Origin: an uncultured Acidobacteriota bacterium
GTDB taxonomy: Bacteria > Acidobacteriota > Thermoanaerobaculia > UBA5066 > Gp7-AA6
Length of the DNA stretch: 64,000 nucleotides
Assembly (NCBI GenBank): GCA_963725095.1
Contig: CAVRXJ010000017.1
Coordinates: 1,158 to 65,157 of the forward strand
Direction: 5' to 3'
Part shown: positions 9,339 to 19,576 of the stretch, in pieces
Layout of the letters: every line of letters begins with the position of its first letter
Position numbering within the stretch: the stretch's first letter is position 1
Made by a program: the position numbers and the translations under genes
Notes under the pieces: generated by a model
What the model saw: the letters and a program-made list of their open reading frames with translations, nothing else
Database searches by the model: none
What the model was told of the DNA's origin: nothing

Positions 9339-10498
9339 TCAGGGGACGACGCGGATCAAGCCGTGCATGTTGTCGTGCTGGTTCGACCCCGTGCCGCAGT
9401 CGGTGAACGTGCAGAGGTAGGGAAAGTCGCCCGTGACGTCCGGAGTGATCGTCTGGACGGCGTCAGGGTCGCCCGGTCGCGAGCGACATGCCGTTGAGTC
9501 CGAGGGCGGCGACACCGCTGAAGGAGTGCGGCGGCAGCTGTGGCTCGAGATCCGGTCCGTCGTTGTAGATGTGGAACTCGTAGGTCTGGCCCTTCTTGAG
9601 CGTGATCGTGTTGACGCCCGGAAAGGGCGCGGTGCTCGACGTGTTCGGACCCGCGACGAAGTCCCACTGCCAGTAGATCGCCCGCAGGCGGACGACGATG
9701 ACGGACGGCGCCGGAGTCGGTGTCGGCGTCGGTGTGGGCGTGCTGGGTGGGTGTCGCCGTCGGGCCGGGCGCCGTCCGGGTCGGCGTCGGGGTCCGGGTC
9801 GGGGTCAGCGAGGGCAAGGGCGCCTGGCCGCCCCGGAACTCGATGACCGTCGTCGTCGGGCACGCGGCTGCCTCGGCCTCCGACCGGCGGTACGCCGCGG
9901 TCTCCCCGGTGACCGTGTCGCGAACGGTGAGAATGTAGTCGAGATCCGTCAGGCCTCCCCAGGTGACCCTGTAGCCTTCGCCGCTCGCCGAGGCATCGAT
10001 GACCCTCACGAGGACTTCGGCCGCGGGAGCGCCGGCAGTCGGAGCGGGCTCGGGAAGCGTGAAATAGCCGAAGGCGTCGCTCACGGCGACGGCCCTGGCG
10101 GTCGAGGCCTGCCCGGTTTGCGGATCGGTGAGCACGAGGGAGGCCTCGAGCGGATGCTTCGAAACGAGGCGAAGCGTTTCGGCTGCGGCGACCTCGATCC
10201 TCTCGGTGGCCGAGGTTCGTCCCGACGCGCCTCCGACGATGAGCGTCACGGTGTAGGTGCCGGCAGCCGTGTACCGGTGGACGGGGTTGCGCTCGGCGGA
10301 CTTCTCTCCGTCGCCGAAGCTCCACCTCCAGAACGCAGGCGTTCCCGTCGACTCGTCCTGGAATCGCACGGGAATTCCCGCCGAGGGGTTTCCCGGCTCG
10401 ACGCGGAACGCGGCCGAGGGAGGCCCCGCGTCGCGGGGCTCGATTCCGGAGAGCAGCAGGAGCAGCGCCGCGGCCGAGGCCGCCAGGCCGTCCATCAC
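9339..10498 (-). CDS. secreted PKD-domain + cupredoxin-like protein (two apparent frameshifts near 9740 and 9475)
   Basis: Signal-like N-term MDGLAASAAALLLLLSG. PKD signature: FQDESTGTPAFWRWSFGDGEKSAERNPVHRYTAAGTYTVTL. A Thr/Pro linker follows. In other frames: VIVVRLRAIYWQWDFVAGPN..ITLKKGQTYEFHIYNDG..PPHSFSGVAALGL..DAVQTITPDVTGDFPYLCTFTDCGTGSNQHDNMHGLIRVVP*. Confidence 0.7.
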
Positions 10499-10550
10499 CG
10501 CTGGCCCGGCAGGCTCCGGCCGATCGCCGTGATCGGGCCGGCCGAACCGA

Positions 10551-11963
10551 TCACGCGAGGAACCCGAGGTCCGCGGTCGTGAAGCGGCCGATCAGCGGGA
10601 AGACCGTCGCGATGTCGGCCGGCGCCACGCCGTACCAGCTGGCGAGCGTCGCCGCGTACTGCTCCACCGAACAGGTCGGGATCCAGCGGCCGCGCGAGTC
10701 CGTGTCGTCGGGGCCGCCGAGGGACAGCGTCGGAAAGACGGTTCCGTTCGAGCCGGCGACACCGTAGAAGTCCTTGCCGGCCACGGCGTCGCCCATGACG
10801 AACTGATGGTTTCCCCAGCCGTGGTCCGAGCCGACGGAACCGGCGCCCGACCCGGAGGGCTGGAGCGTGCGGCCGAAGTCGGACAGCGTGAACGTCGTCA
10901 CCTTCGAGCTCACGTTCAACTCCACGGTCGCGTCGTAGAACGCCTTCATCGCCTGCGAGAGGTCCGTGAGCAGGTCGGCCTGGTTGGTCAGCTGGTTCTG
11001 GTGGGTGTCGAAGCCCCCGAGGTTGCAGAAGAAGATCTGCCGGTTCAAAGACAGCGTCGGGGAGGTCAGGTTCAGGCTGATGAGCTTGGCGACCTGCTTC
11101 AACTGGTTGCCGATGTTCGAGCCGGGGAACACGGTGACCAGGGCCGGGTCGGAAGAGAGCGCCTGGCCGATCGTGATGGCCTGCTGGATCGCGTCCTCGG
11201 AGGCGGCCACCATCGTGACGTCCGTATCCATGCCGCGGATGGCGTCCATCGCCGTGCGGCGCGCGACCTGGGAGCTCGAGCCGCCGAAGCCCGACAACAC
11301 GAGCACCTGATTCAAAGGCGTCGGGGCCCCCGAAATCGAGAGCGGGCGCGAGTTCAAGCCGATGCCGAAGAGCTGCTGTCCGGCCGTGGAGGTGACGATC
11401 GGGAAGGCCGACCCGTTGTTGAAGGCGAGCGTCATGTCGCCCGCGCGCCCTCCCCAGCCGACGTGCTCGCGCGTGTCGGCGCGGGAGGTCTGCCATTGCG
11501 CCACCTGGTCGGAGTGCGAGAAGAGCTGGTAGGGCCTCGGAGCGCCGCTCTTGTACTCCTGCCGCGTGATCGGCTGGACGAGAGGGCCGACGTTGCAGAC
11601 GACGGCGAGGTGGCCGTCGTCGAAGAGCGTCTGGATCTCCGGCAGGCTCGTGTGCAGGCCGAACGAGTCCCCGATGCTCACGGGCGTGATCGGGAGGAGC
11701 GTTCCGCCGTCGAGCGCCAGGCCCGAGGAGGATCGGGCGGACGTGTAGGACGTGTTCTGGGTGCCGGTGAGCGGAACGATCATGTTGTTGCCGTCGTTGC
11801 CGCCGTTTAAGAAGATGCAGACGAGCGCCCGGTAGTCGGTCGGCGCCAGCGTCTCGGCCATCGCGCTGATGAGGCCGAATTTCTTCAATCCCGAGGAGAA
11901 GGCGGCCGCGCCCAGGGCGGCGCAGCTGGTCCGAATCAGGAAATCCCTTCGCGACTGGTCCAT
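10551..11963 (-). CDS. DUF1501 domain protein with twin-arginine signal (sulfatase/AlkP-superfamily-like)
   Basis: ATG 11963. Tat motif MDQSRRDFLIRTSCAALGAAAF. Typical DUF1501 blocks: LVCIFLNGGNDGNNM, FSHSDQ, GGFDTHQNQ, SDFGRT, GSDHGWG. The 470-aa frame is intact. Confidence 0.9.
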   Translation of the reverse strand: MDQSRRDFLIRTSCAALGAAAFSSGLKKFGLISAMAETLAPTDYRALVCIFLNGGNDGNNMIVPLTGTQNTSYTSARSSSGLALDGGTLLPITPVSIGDSFGLHTSLPEIQTLFDDGHLAVVCNVGPLVQPITRQEYKSGAPRPYQLFSHSDQVAQWQTSRADTREHVGWGGRAGDMTLAFNNGSAFPIVTSTAGQQLFGIGLNSRPLSISGAPTPLNQVLVLSGFGGSSSQVARRTAMDAIRGMDTDVTMVAASEDAIQQAITIGQALSSDPALVTVFPGSNIGNQLKQVAKLISLNLTSPTLSLNRQIFFCNLGGFDTHQNQLTNQADLLTDLSQAMKAFYDATVELNVSSKVTTFTLSDFGRTLQPSGSGAGSVGSDHGWGNHQFVMGDAVAGKDFYGVAGSNGTVFPTLSLGGPDDTDSRGRWIPTCSVEQYAATLASWYGVAPADIATVFPLIGRFTTADLGFLA

Positions 11964-11965
11964 GT

Positions 11966-14414
11966 TCACCTCTGTACCTGGAATTGCGAGGACGTGGCCA
12001 CGAGATAGAGCGCCTGCTGGGCGCGCTGGAGCGTGTTCGTGCTGGAGACCGCGGAGACGGCCGTCATGATGGCCGTCTTCATTTCGGCCGACATCGTCCC
12101 GTGCATCAACGACCGGTTCAGCTCCGTGACCAGCGACTCGGGGCTCGCGGCGAGGGCCTGCAGCTTCGAGAGGTCGAGCGACGTGCCGCTCGGCGCATTG
12201 TTCGAGGTGTTGATCGCGCCGAAGGCCATGGTGTTGACGAAGTTCGCGCGCCGCAGGGCGGTCGTCGCCGAGAGGATCCCGAACTCGGGACCGGCCATGT
12301 CGGTCGTGTCCGGCACGAGGTAGTCGGAGGGGTAGTAGGAGAAGACGCTCGTCGGCCTCCAGACGTCCTGGCCCATGTTGGAGGACTGCGGGTTCAGGTA
12401 CCCGTCGCTTGCGGCCGCGCCGTTGGCCGAGCGCGCGTTGAAGGCGCGCAGGATCTGGTTGATGAACTGGACGGGCTCCTTGAGCCGGCCGTAGGTCAGG
12501 TCGGGCTTGGAGTCTCCGCGCGCTTCCGGGTCGAGCAGGATCGCCTGGACGACGGCCTTGAGGTCGCCCCGCACGCCGGCGCCGTTGTTGTCGAAGGCGG
12601 CGGCGACGCGCTGGACGTAGGCGGGGCTCGGGTTGGAAGTGACGAGCGCGCGGATCAGGTGGATCGAGACGAAGGGCCCGACGTTGGCGTGGTTGAAGAT
12701 GTTGTCGAGGGCGTCGTTCAGGTCCTGAACGGCCGTCTGTCCGGCGGGCAGCGTGATGCCGTTCAAGAGCTGCTTCGTGCCGGTCTCGTGGTTGCTCGCC
12801 TGCAGGACCATCGGGTCGAGGTAGTTGGGCGTGTCGGGATCCGGGCGGGGCGCGCTCTTCCAGCCCGTGAACACGCGGGCGAATCCCGTCACGGTGTCCT
12901 GGTCGTAGGTCGGGATCGCCTGGTCGTCGTCGTCGGTCTGCACGGTCCCGTCGGGGTTGAACTTCTCCAGCCCGATCGAGAAGAGCTGCAGGATCTCGCG
13001 CGCGTAGTTCTCGTTCGGGTTGGACTTGGTCGACGTGATCATGTCGAGGTAGCGGCCCATCGCCGGGTTCAGCGTGATCTCGTAGAGCAGCTGCCGGAAG
13101 TTGCCGAACGCGTTGCGGTCCAGGATCTGCAGGTACGGCGTCATCCAGCTCGGCTGGTTCAGGTCGTTGCCGGAGATCACGATCATGCGGTGGAGCGCCC
13201 AGGCCACGCGCTGGCGCAGCTGGTCGGATGCCGGTCATCGCGTTGGTGTAGAAGCGGCGCTGCAGGAGGTACATCGAGTAGTTGTCGCGCTGACAGTTGG
13301 AATCGCAATCCACGGGCACCGACGAGGGCCAGAGCGCCAGCGTCGGATATCCGGTCGACGGCGTCGTGAACTGCGCGTTCAGCCAGGCCGGGATGCCGAC
13401 CGTGCGCACCCGGTAGATCAGGTACTCCGTCGGTCCCCAGGTCGCCTGCTCGAGGAGCCGCAGGATGTCGCCGTTGAAGGTCTTCGAGAGGAAGACCGCC
13501 ATCTGGCCGCGCGTGACGCTGCTGCCGGGGCAGTACATGCCCGGATTGCAGCCGCCCGTGACGCCCTCGTTGGCGAGCTGCTCGATCCAGTTGGCGAAGA
13601 GCAGCGTCGTCGGAACGTCGGTGAAGATCCCGACCGGCGGCGGCGGCACGAAGCTCGAACCGTGCTCCGCCCGGAGGAGGAAGACCGCCATCGCGTCCCG
13701 GGTCACGTTCTGGGTGGGGCAGTACTTTCCGCCGCCGCATCCGGTCGTGATGCCTTCGGCGGCGAGCTGCTCGATCCAGGGGGCGAAGGGCGTGCCCGTC
13801 GTCACGTCCGTGAACTTGGTTCCGGTCGCCGGCGGCGGCGAGTAGCCCGAGCCGTGCTTGCTCCGCAGGAGGAAGACCGCCATCTCCCCGCGCGTGACGA
13901 GATTGTCCGGGCAGTAGTTTCCGCTGCCGCAGCCCGGTCGTGATGCCCTTGCGGGTGATCTTCTCGATGGCGTCGTGGAAGAGGTAGCTCTGCGGCACGT
14001 CGTTGTAGTTGGCAAACCAGCCGCCGGGAAGCGTCGCCGTCGAGGCGTCCGGGTTCGTCAGGAGGACGTCGCTGACGGTGCCGGCGGTCGCCGGCCGGCG
14101 TCGTGGCACCGATCTTCGCCGCGTTCGTGTAGGACAGGCCCGTGGCGAAGCCGGCTCCGACCTTGAGCGTGGCCCCCGACTGCATCCGGTATCCGGTCAC
14201 GACGATCGGTGTTCCTCCCGAGGCGGGGCCGGAGCTCGGCGTCAGGGACGACACCTGCGGCGCCGGCGGCGGCAGCGCCGGCATGAACTGGCCGGCCGCG
14301 ACGCCGTTGCCGAGGAGGCCGGCGAGGCCGAGCAACCCGAGCGAGCAGGAAGTCGCGAAGCCCTGCGACGGCCTCGCGGCCGACCCTCCCGTCGCGCCCT
14401 TGTGTCCCTTTTCA
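11966..14414 (-). CDS. secreted IPT/TIG + 3x SLH-like + DUF1800 domain protein (about four apparent frameshifts)
   Basis: ATG 14414 follows GGAGG; the frame slips within ATGAAAAGGG. Segments are a signal peptide (..SCSLGLLGLAGLLGNGVAAGQ), IPT/TIG (VSSLTPSSGPASGGTPIVVTGY..), three SLH-like repeats (F.DV..F..WIE.L..EGIT.GCG.G.YCP...VTR..MAVFL) and DUF1800 (WALHRMIVISGNDLNQPSW..YAREILQLFSIG..HETG..). Frame switches near 14405, 14100, 13940 and 13215. The stop abuts the DUF1501 start. Confidence 0.8.
13470..14020 (-). other. triple SLH-like, Cys-containing repeat module (protein-level repeat, N-terminal half of the DUF1800 gene)
   Basis: Three ~50-aa repeats, e.g. FTDVTTGTPFAPWIEQLAAEGITTGCGGGKYCPTQNVTRDAMAVFLLRAEHG. 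Confidence 0.6.
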
Positions 14415-14896
14415 TCCGTCCACCTCCTCGCCAGGCGGGTCCGGTCGTGCCGGGGCCGCCTGGACGGACCGAACTCGGATCTGGCAGTACGAGAGACTTC
14501 GCCGCGGGAAACGCCGGTTTCGACGGGGGCACCAATTTGTCGAACGATTGGACGAGGGGAGAGAATCGCGCGTTTACGTTGACTCGGAAAAAGGCGTGGC
14601 CGAATACGCTTCGAGAGACCGCGGGCACGACTCTCCCGCAGTCTCCCGTCGGCCGGAGCGCCGAGGAGGAACGAGCGGGCCAGCCGGCGACCCTCTTTCC
14701 TCCCCGCCCCTCCCGGGTCGGGGGATGCATGTTGCAGTGAGGAATGAGCAAGCTTTGGACCAGCGGGGGCGCGGACCTAAGGCCTTGACCGCTCTGCGGC
14801 TTGCTTTATCCGCATGGGCGCCTTTTTGTTGGTTCGGAAGGGCGAAGCGCGACGAAATTGTGTCGGCCGGGTCGAGCCGCGTGCGCTCCGCGGGCG

Positions 14897-17201
14897 CTAC
14901 TGCAGACCGAAGGTGTTGGTGATGAACTTCGCCATCTCGCCGCGCGTGACCGTGTTGGTCGGGCAGTAGATCGGTTTTCCGTTGGCGGTTCCGCAGCCCT
15001 GCGTGATGCCCTCCGCCTCGAGCTCCTCCATCCATTTCGCGAGAAAGGTCGAGGCCGTCACGTCGTCGAACACGGCTCCCGTCGCGGCGGGCGGCGCAAA
15101 CGCGGAACCGTTCTTTCCGCGAAGCAGGAACACCGACATGCCGTCGCGGGTGACGGGCGAGGTCGGGCAGTAGGGAGGCGGAGCGCCGCCGCCGCAGCCG
15201 GTCGAGATTCCTTCGCGGCCGAACTGCTCCATCCACTTGGCGAGGAACGTCCCCGCGGTCACGTCGCTGAAGACGTCGCCCTGCGCGGCGGGAGGATCGT
15301 AGGCGCTGCCGTGCTTCCCCCGGAGGATGAAGACGGCCATCGCGTCGCGCGTCACCGGGTCGTCGGGGCAGTAGTTGCCGCCGCCGCAGCCGGTCGTGAT
15401 GCCGTTTCGCGCGACGGCGACGACGGCGTTGTGGAAGAGGTAGGCGGGCGGCACGTCGGCGAAGTCCACCTGCACTTTCGACGCGGCCGGCCCCGAAGCG
15501 CATCCTCCCGTCCCGGTCTCGACGACCGAAAGGCTCATCGTGCGTTCCCGGCGAAGCCGCGGAGAACAGGATCTGGTTGGAGCCCTGCCCCGAGGTGATG
15601 GAGCCGCCGGTCAGCGTCCAGGCGTAGGTGGAGCCGGCGTGGGAGGGAGCGCTCGCCGCCACTCCGGTCGCGCCGACGACGACGGACTTGGGAACGGTGA
15701 CGACCGGGGTGGACGGGATCGGATGGACGGTGACCGTCGCGGCGCCGGAGGTCTGCGTCTGTCCCAGCCCGTCGGTGACACGGACGTCGTAGCTGCCGGA
15801 GTTGCCCGTGCCGCTCGGGTCGATCGTCAGCGTGTCGGTCGCCGTTCCCGAGAGCGGCGCGCCGTCGGAGAGGTCCAGGCCTCCTTTTCGCCAGCGGAAC
15901 GAGAGCGTCGGCTGTCCGGAAGCGGTGACGGAGAGGGAGACGGCGGCCCCGGCGCAGACGGACTGGCCCACGGGGTTCGACACGTTCAGCGGGACACGCT
16001 CGTAGGCCCCCATGTCGACGATCGGTGCCGTCCCCGAGCCGGTGTCGGCGGTCAGGGGATCGTCGAAGAAGCGGGGCAGCCCCGCAAGATCCGTCGCGAG
16101 CCCTGCGGCCGCGGCGTTGCTTCCCGCGTCGACCGCCGGTGAGCCGGCGCCCAACCGGTAGTCTCCGGCGCCCGCGTTCTGGAAGAGGGGGTTGGCGTCG
16201 ATGAGCCCGGTTCCGCCGACCGGGCTCCCGTGGACGTCGCTGTACGACACCGAGAAGCCCGCCGAGAATCCGAGGAAGACGTCGCCGGCGCCGTTGCCGA
16301 ACAGAATGGAGTTGGCGATCGTGTTGTTGGGCCCTCCCTGCAGCGCCAGACCGTAGCCCGGATTTCCGGTGAAGGTGCAGTTGGTGAAGGTCGCTCCATC
16401 CTGGGCGATGGACCCGCCGTTGGGGGAGTTGCCGACGACGAGGCAGTTCTTCGCGGCAACCTTGTTGGCGTCGAAGCCGCCGCCGCGCCCGGCTCCCGTC
16501 GCGTTCCCCTTGAAGACCACACCCTGAATCAGGAGCGCCGCGCCGGAGGCGGAGGAGAGACCGCCCCCGGCAATGCCCGAAGAGTTGGATTCGAAGACGC
16601 ACGCCGTCAGCGTCGGCGCGCCCGACTCGACGCGCACGGCGCCCCCGCGGTCCACCGCGAAGTTGCCCGAGAAGTCCAGGTGCGAGAGCGTCGGGCTGCC
16701 GCCGTTGACCAGCAATCCCGCCGCCGCGCAGGTCTGTCGGCGCGACGCCGTCGGCATAGCCCCGGATGACGGCGAAGCCGTCGAGAATCGCGGTCGACGA
16801 AACGGTCCCGTCGGCCGTCACGACGTGGTAGCTGTTGTCCGTCGCGGCCGCGGTGTTGATCTCGCCCGAGAGCGTCGTCACGTGCGCCGCCGGATCGCGC
16901 TCCGACCGAAGTCGTCTCGGTGCCGTCGAAGCCGCCGTAGACCGCGATACCGTTCTTGAGGGCGAAGCTGACGCCGCGGTCCGAGGTGTGTGGCTTGTAG
17001 GTCGCCGCCGCGACCCAGATCTCGCTTCCCGCGGAAGCCGCCGCGAGCGCCGCCTGGAGATCCGAGTACGCCGTCGTCCAGGTCGCGCCGTCGTGCGCGG
17101 GTCCGGGCGCCGCGGGGTTGACGTAGAGGACGGCGGCGCCCGCGCCGCGCGGCGAGCGCCAGCGAGGACAGTGTCAGAAAGGCGCGTCGCAGAAGGGTCA
17201 A
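14897..17201 (-). CDS. secreted right-handed beta-helix (choice-of-anchor-Q-like) protein with Ig-like domains and a C-terminal 3x SLH-like module (about four apparent frameshifts)
   Basis: TTG 17201 (MTLLRRAFLTLSSLALAA). N-term ..VLYVNPAAPGPAHDGATWTTAYSDLQAALAAASAGSEIWVAAATYKP..FALKNGIAVYGGFDGTE. Parallel beta-helix repeats (..GGAVRVESGAPTLTACVFESNSS..GGGLSS..). Ig-like parts (..TLSFRWRKGG..YDVRVTD..; YAWTLTGGSITSGQGSNQILF). The intact C-terminal ORF 14897-15538 carries three SLH-like repeats. Switches near 17140, 16890, 16745 and 15540. Confidence 0.75.
14900..15651 (-). other. Ig-like + 3x SLH-like C-terminal cassette (paralogous to 17242-17952)
   Basis: YAWTLTGGSITSGQGSNQILFSAASPGT-MSLSVVETGTGGCASGPAASKVQVDFADVPP.. 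is followed by three F.DV...GI(T/S)TGCG..YCP..VTR..M.VF.LR repeats. Confidence 0.6.
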
Positions 17202-17238
17202 GTGACGCGATTATCGCGCCGCCGCTCGGGGCGGCGCG

Positions 17239-19525
17239 TCAGGGCAGGTCGAACGTGCGGGTCAGGAACGCGGCCATCTCGCCTCTGGTCAGCGACTTGT
17301 CCGGGCAGAAGTTCCCGCCGCCGCAGCCTCCCGTGATCCCCTCCGCCTTGAGGTCTTCAATCCATGCGGCGAGGAACGTTCCCGTCGAGACGTCCGCGAA
17401 CGCCGTTCCCGTGGCCGCCGGTGGCGTGTAGGCGGGGGTGTGCTTTCCGCGGAGCAGAAAGACCGCCGCCGCCGACCGGTTCAGGGCGTCGTCGGGGCAG
17501 AACTTCCCTCCTCCGCATCCGGTCGTGTAGCCCTCGTTGGCGAAGGCTTCGATCCAGTCGCCGAGGAAGGTCCCGAGCGGCACGTCGGAGAACTTGGTGC
17601 CCGTGGCCGCGGGAGGCTTGTAGCCCGCCGGCTTGGAAGCGCGCAGGATGAAAACGGCCATCTGCGAGCGCGTCACGAGGCCCTCGGGGCAGAAGTTGCC
17701 CGCGCCGCAGCCGGTCGTGATCCCGCTGCGCGCGACGGCGACGATCGGGTGATGGAAGAAGTGGGAGGGCGGCGCGTCCAGGAAGTCGACCTGGACCTTG
17801 GCGGTGCCGGCCGGTGAGCTGCAGGCCGCCCCGAGGGAGTCGACGACCGAGAGGTTCATCGTCGTTCCCGCGGCGCCGCTCGAGAAAGTGATCTGGCTCG
17901 TTCCCTGCCCGCCGGTGATCGAGCCTCCCTGGAGGGTCCAGGCGTAGCCGTGCGCGGGCCGCTCCGGAGCGCTCGCCGACGGATCCGGGAGTCGCCGGAG
18001 GCAACGGACTCGGGCGCCTCAATCGCCGGCGCCGGCGGCGGGCACTGGATCCAGGCGAAGGCGGCGGCGGCGTCGATGCGCCCGTAGCCCGCCGCGTCGT
18101 TGGGGACGTCGCCGGCCGCATGGCCTCCGCAGGTGTCGGCGGCGGTCTTGGGCACGGCTGTCCCCTCGAGGATCGCCTGAAGCGCGTCGACGTTGCCCGA
18201 GAGCACCGGCGCGGCCGAGAGGAGCAGCGCCAGGGCGCCGGCCGCGTGCGGGGCGGAGGCGCTGGTGCCGTCGATGATTCCGTAGGCCGCGTCGACGGCA
18301 CAGCTGCGCACATTTTCGCCGGGCGCAACGACGTTGGGCTTGGGCGACGCGCCTTCGCCGGGGCCGCGGCTGGAGTAGTCGGTGAGCACGTCGCTCTCGT
18401 CGGTGGCGCCGACGGTGATCGACGCGTCGTAGATCCCGGGGACTTCGATCGTGTCGCAGTCGGGCCCGTCGTTGCCGGCGGAGACGACGACCGCGATTCC
18501 GGCCGCCCGGAGGTTCTCGACCGCCGTGCGGAGAATGTCGGGGGTCGTGCACCCCTCCTCCGGCGGGCAGTCCCAGGAGTTCGTGATCACGTCGGGCGCG
18601 AGGCTGGGATCGGGGTTGGTCCCCGCCAGATTCGTCGGTGCGAGAAACCACTGGAAGCACTCCAGCGTACCTCGCGGGCGTCCCGGTCCCTTCGTCCATG
18701 TTTCGGCAGCCGATCCAGCGCGCCGCCGGGGCCATCCCCACGCGGTTGCTCCCGCCGTCGTCGCCGACCGCGACCCCGATCGTCTGCGTTCCGTGGCCGT
18801 CGTCGTCGCAGGGTGCCGTCAGGTTCGAGCCGCAGAAGTTCCCGCTCACGGCGTTGTGGACGGCGTCGTGCCAGTTGTAGTTGTGGTTGACGGACGTTCC
18901 GTTCCATCCGCGGTACTGGGGCTTCAACGCGGGATGGTCCCACTCGATCCCCGTGTCGGCGCCTCCGATGACGACGCCCTGGCCCGTGAACCCGGCCGCC
19001 CAGAGGTCCGGAGCTCCCAGCAGAGCGAGGTTCCACGGCGTGGCGGCCGTTCGCAGGACCGCCGCGGCGGCGTCGGGGCGCGGGATCGGCCAGTCGCGCG
19101 CGCATCGCGGGGTTGCGTTCGACGCGGGCGACCTCGGGCCGGCGGGCGACGGACTCGAGCGACACCGGTCCGACCTGCGCGCGGATCATGTTGGCGACCC
19201 AGTAGGGCTCCGGCTGCGCGCCCTGCGACTGGAGCCAGCGGATGAGCGGCTGCTGCGTGCGCCGGGCGGCTTCGTTCAGGCGCTCGAAGACATAGCGCCC
19301 CTTCTCGGCCTTGCTCGCCAGGGACCGGGCCGCCGACAGGTCGGCCTGCTCGGCGAGGACGATCAGGACGTCCTGGCTCGCGCCGGCCGGAGCGGCGAGC
19401 AGTCGCGCGTCGACTTTCTCCTTCCACGAAGCGGGAAGTGTCGCGGCGCGGGCAGAGCAGAGCGCGGCCGCAGCCGACAGAACGGCGGCGGAGACCATGC
19501 GCCGAAAGGGAAGGCTGAACCTCAA
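17239..19525 (-). CDS. secreted subtilisin-like serine protease (peptidase S8) with Ig-like + 3x SLH-like C-terminal cassette (about three apparent frameshifts)
   Basis: Signal peptide (alternative ATG at 19498: MVSAAVLSAAAALCSARAA) and an I9-like propeptide. Catalytic motifs: VVIGGADTGIEWDHP (Asp), DDDGHGTQTIGV (His), GTSASAPHAAG (Ser). C-terminal ORF 17239-17859 has three SLH-like repeats. Switches near 19085, 18665 and 17990. Confidence 0.85.
17242..17952 (-). other. Ig-like + 3x SLH-like C-terminal cassette (paralogous to 14900-15651)
   Basis: YAWTLQGGSITGGQGTSQITFSSGAAGTTMNLSVVDSLGAACSSPAGTAKVQVDFLDAPP.. is followed by three SLH-like repeats with GCG.G.(F/Y)CP. Confidence 0.6.
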
Positions 19526-19576
19526 GCCGCGAAGCTTAGCAATTCACGGAGGCTTCGGCGCGGGATGAAGGGGGGC

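Noticed and set aside
9464-9466. In-frame TGA inside the cupredoxin domain considered as a second selenocysteine codon
   Set aside because: Homology after the TGA continues in a different frame (..PGDPDAVQTITPDVTGDFPYLC..), so this is a frameshift. The position does not align with any Cys or redox motif.
10551-14015. 1154-aa ORF fusing SLH-like repeats, an Arg-rich middle and DUF1501
   Set aside because: The middle third is out-of-frame junk across the DUF1800 domain, which reads cleanly in ORF 11966-13207. DUF1501 has its own Tat-signal start at 11963.
14548-14922. 124-aa plus-strand ORF in the long spacer, preceded by a TTGACT..TACGCT promoter-like pair
   Set aside because: The promoter spacing is 20 nt with a weak -10. 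The ORF translation is Arg/Gly/Ser/Pro-rich with no motif, and no SD is present. It is most likely non-coding.
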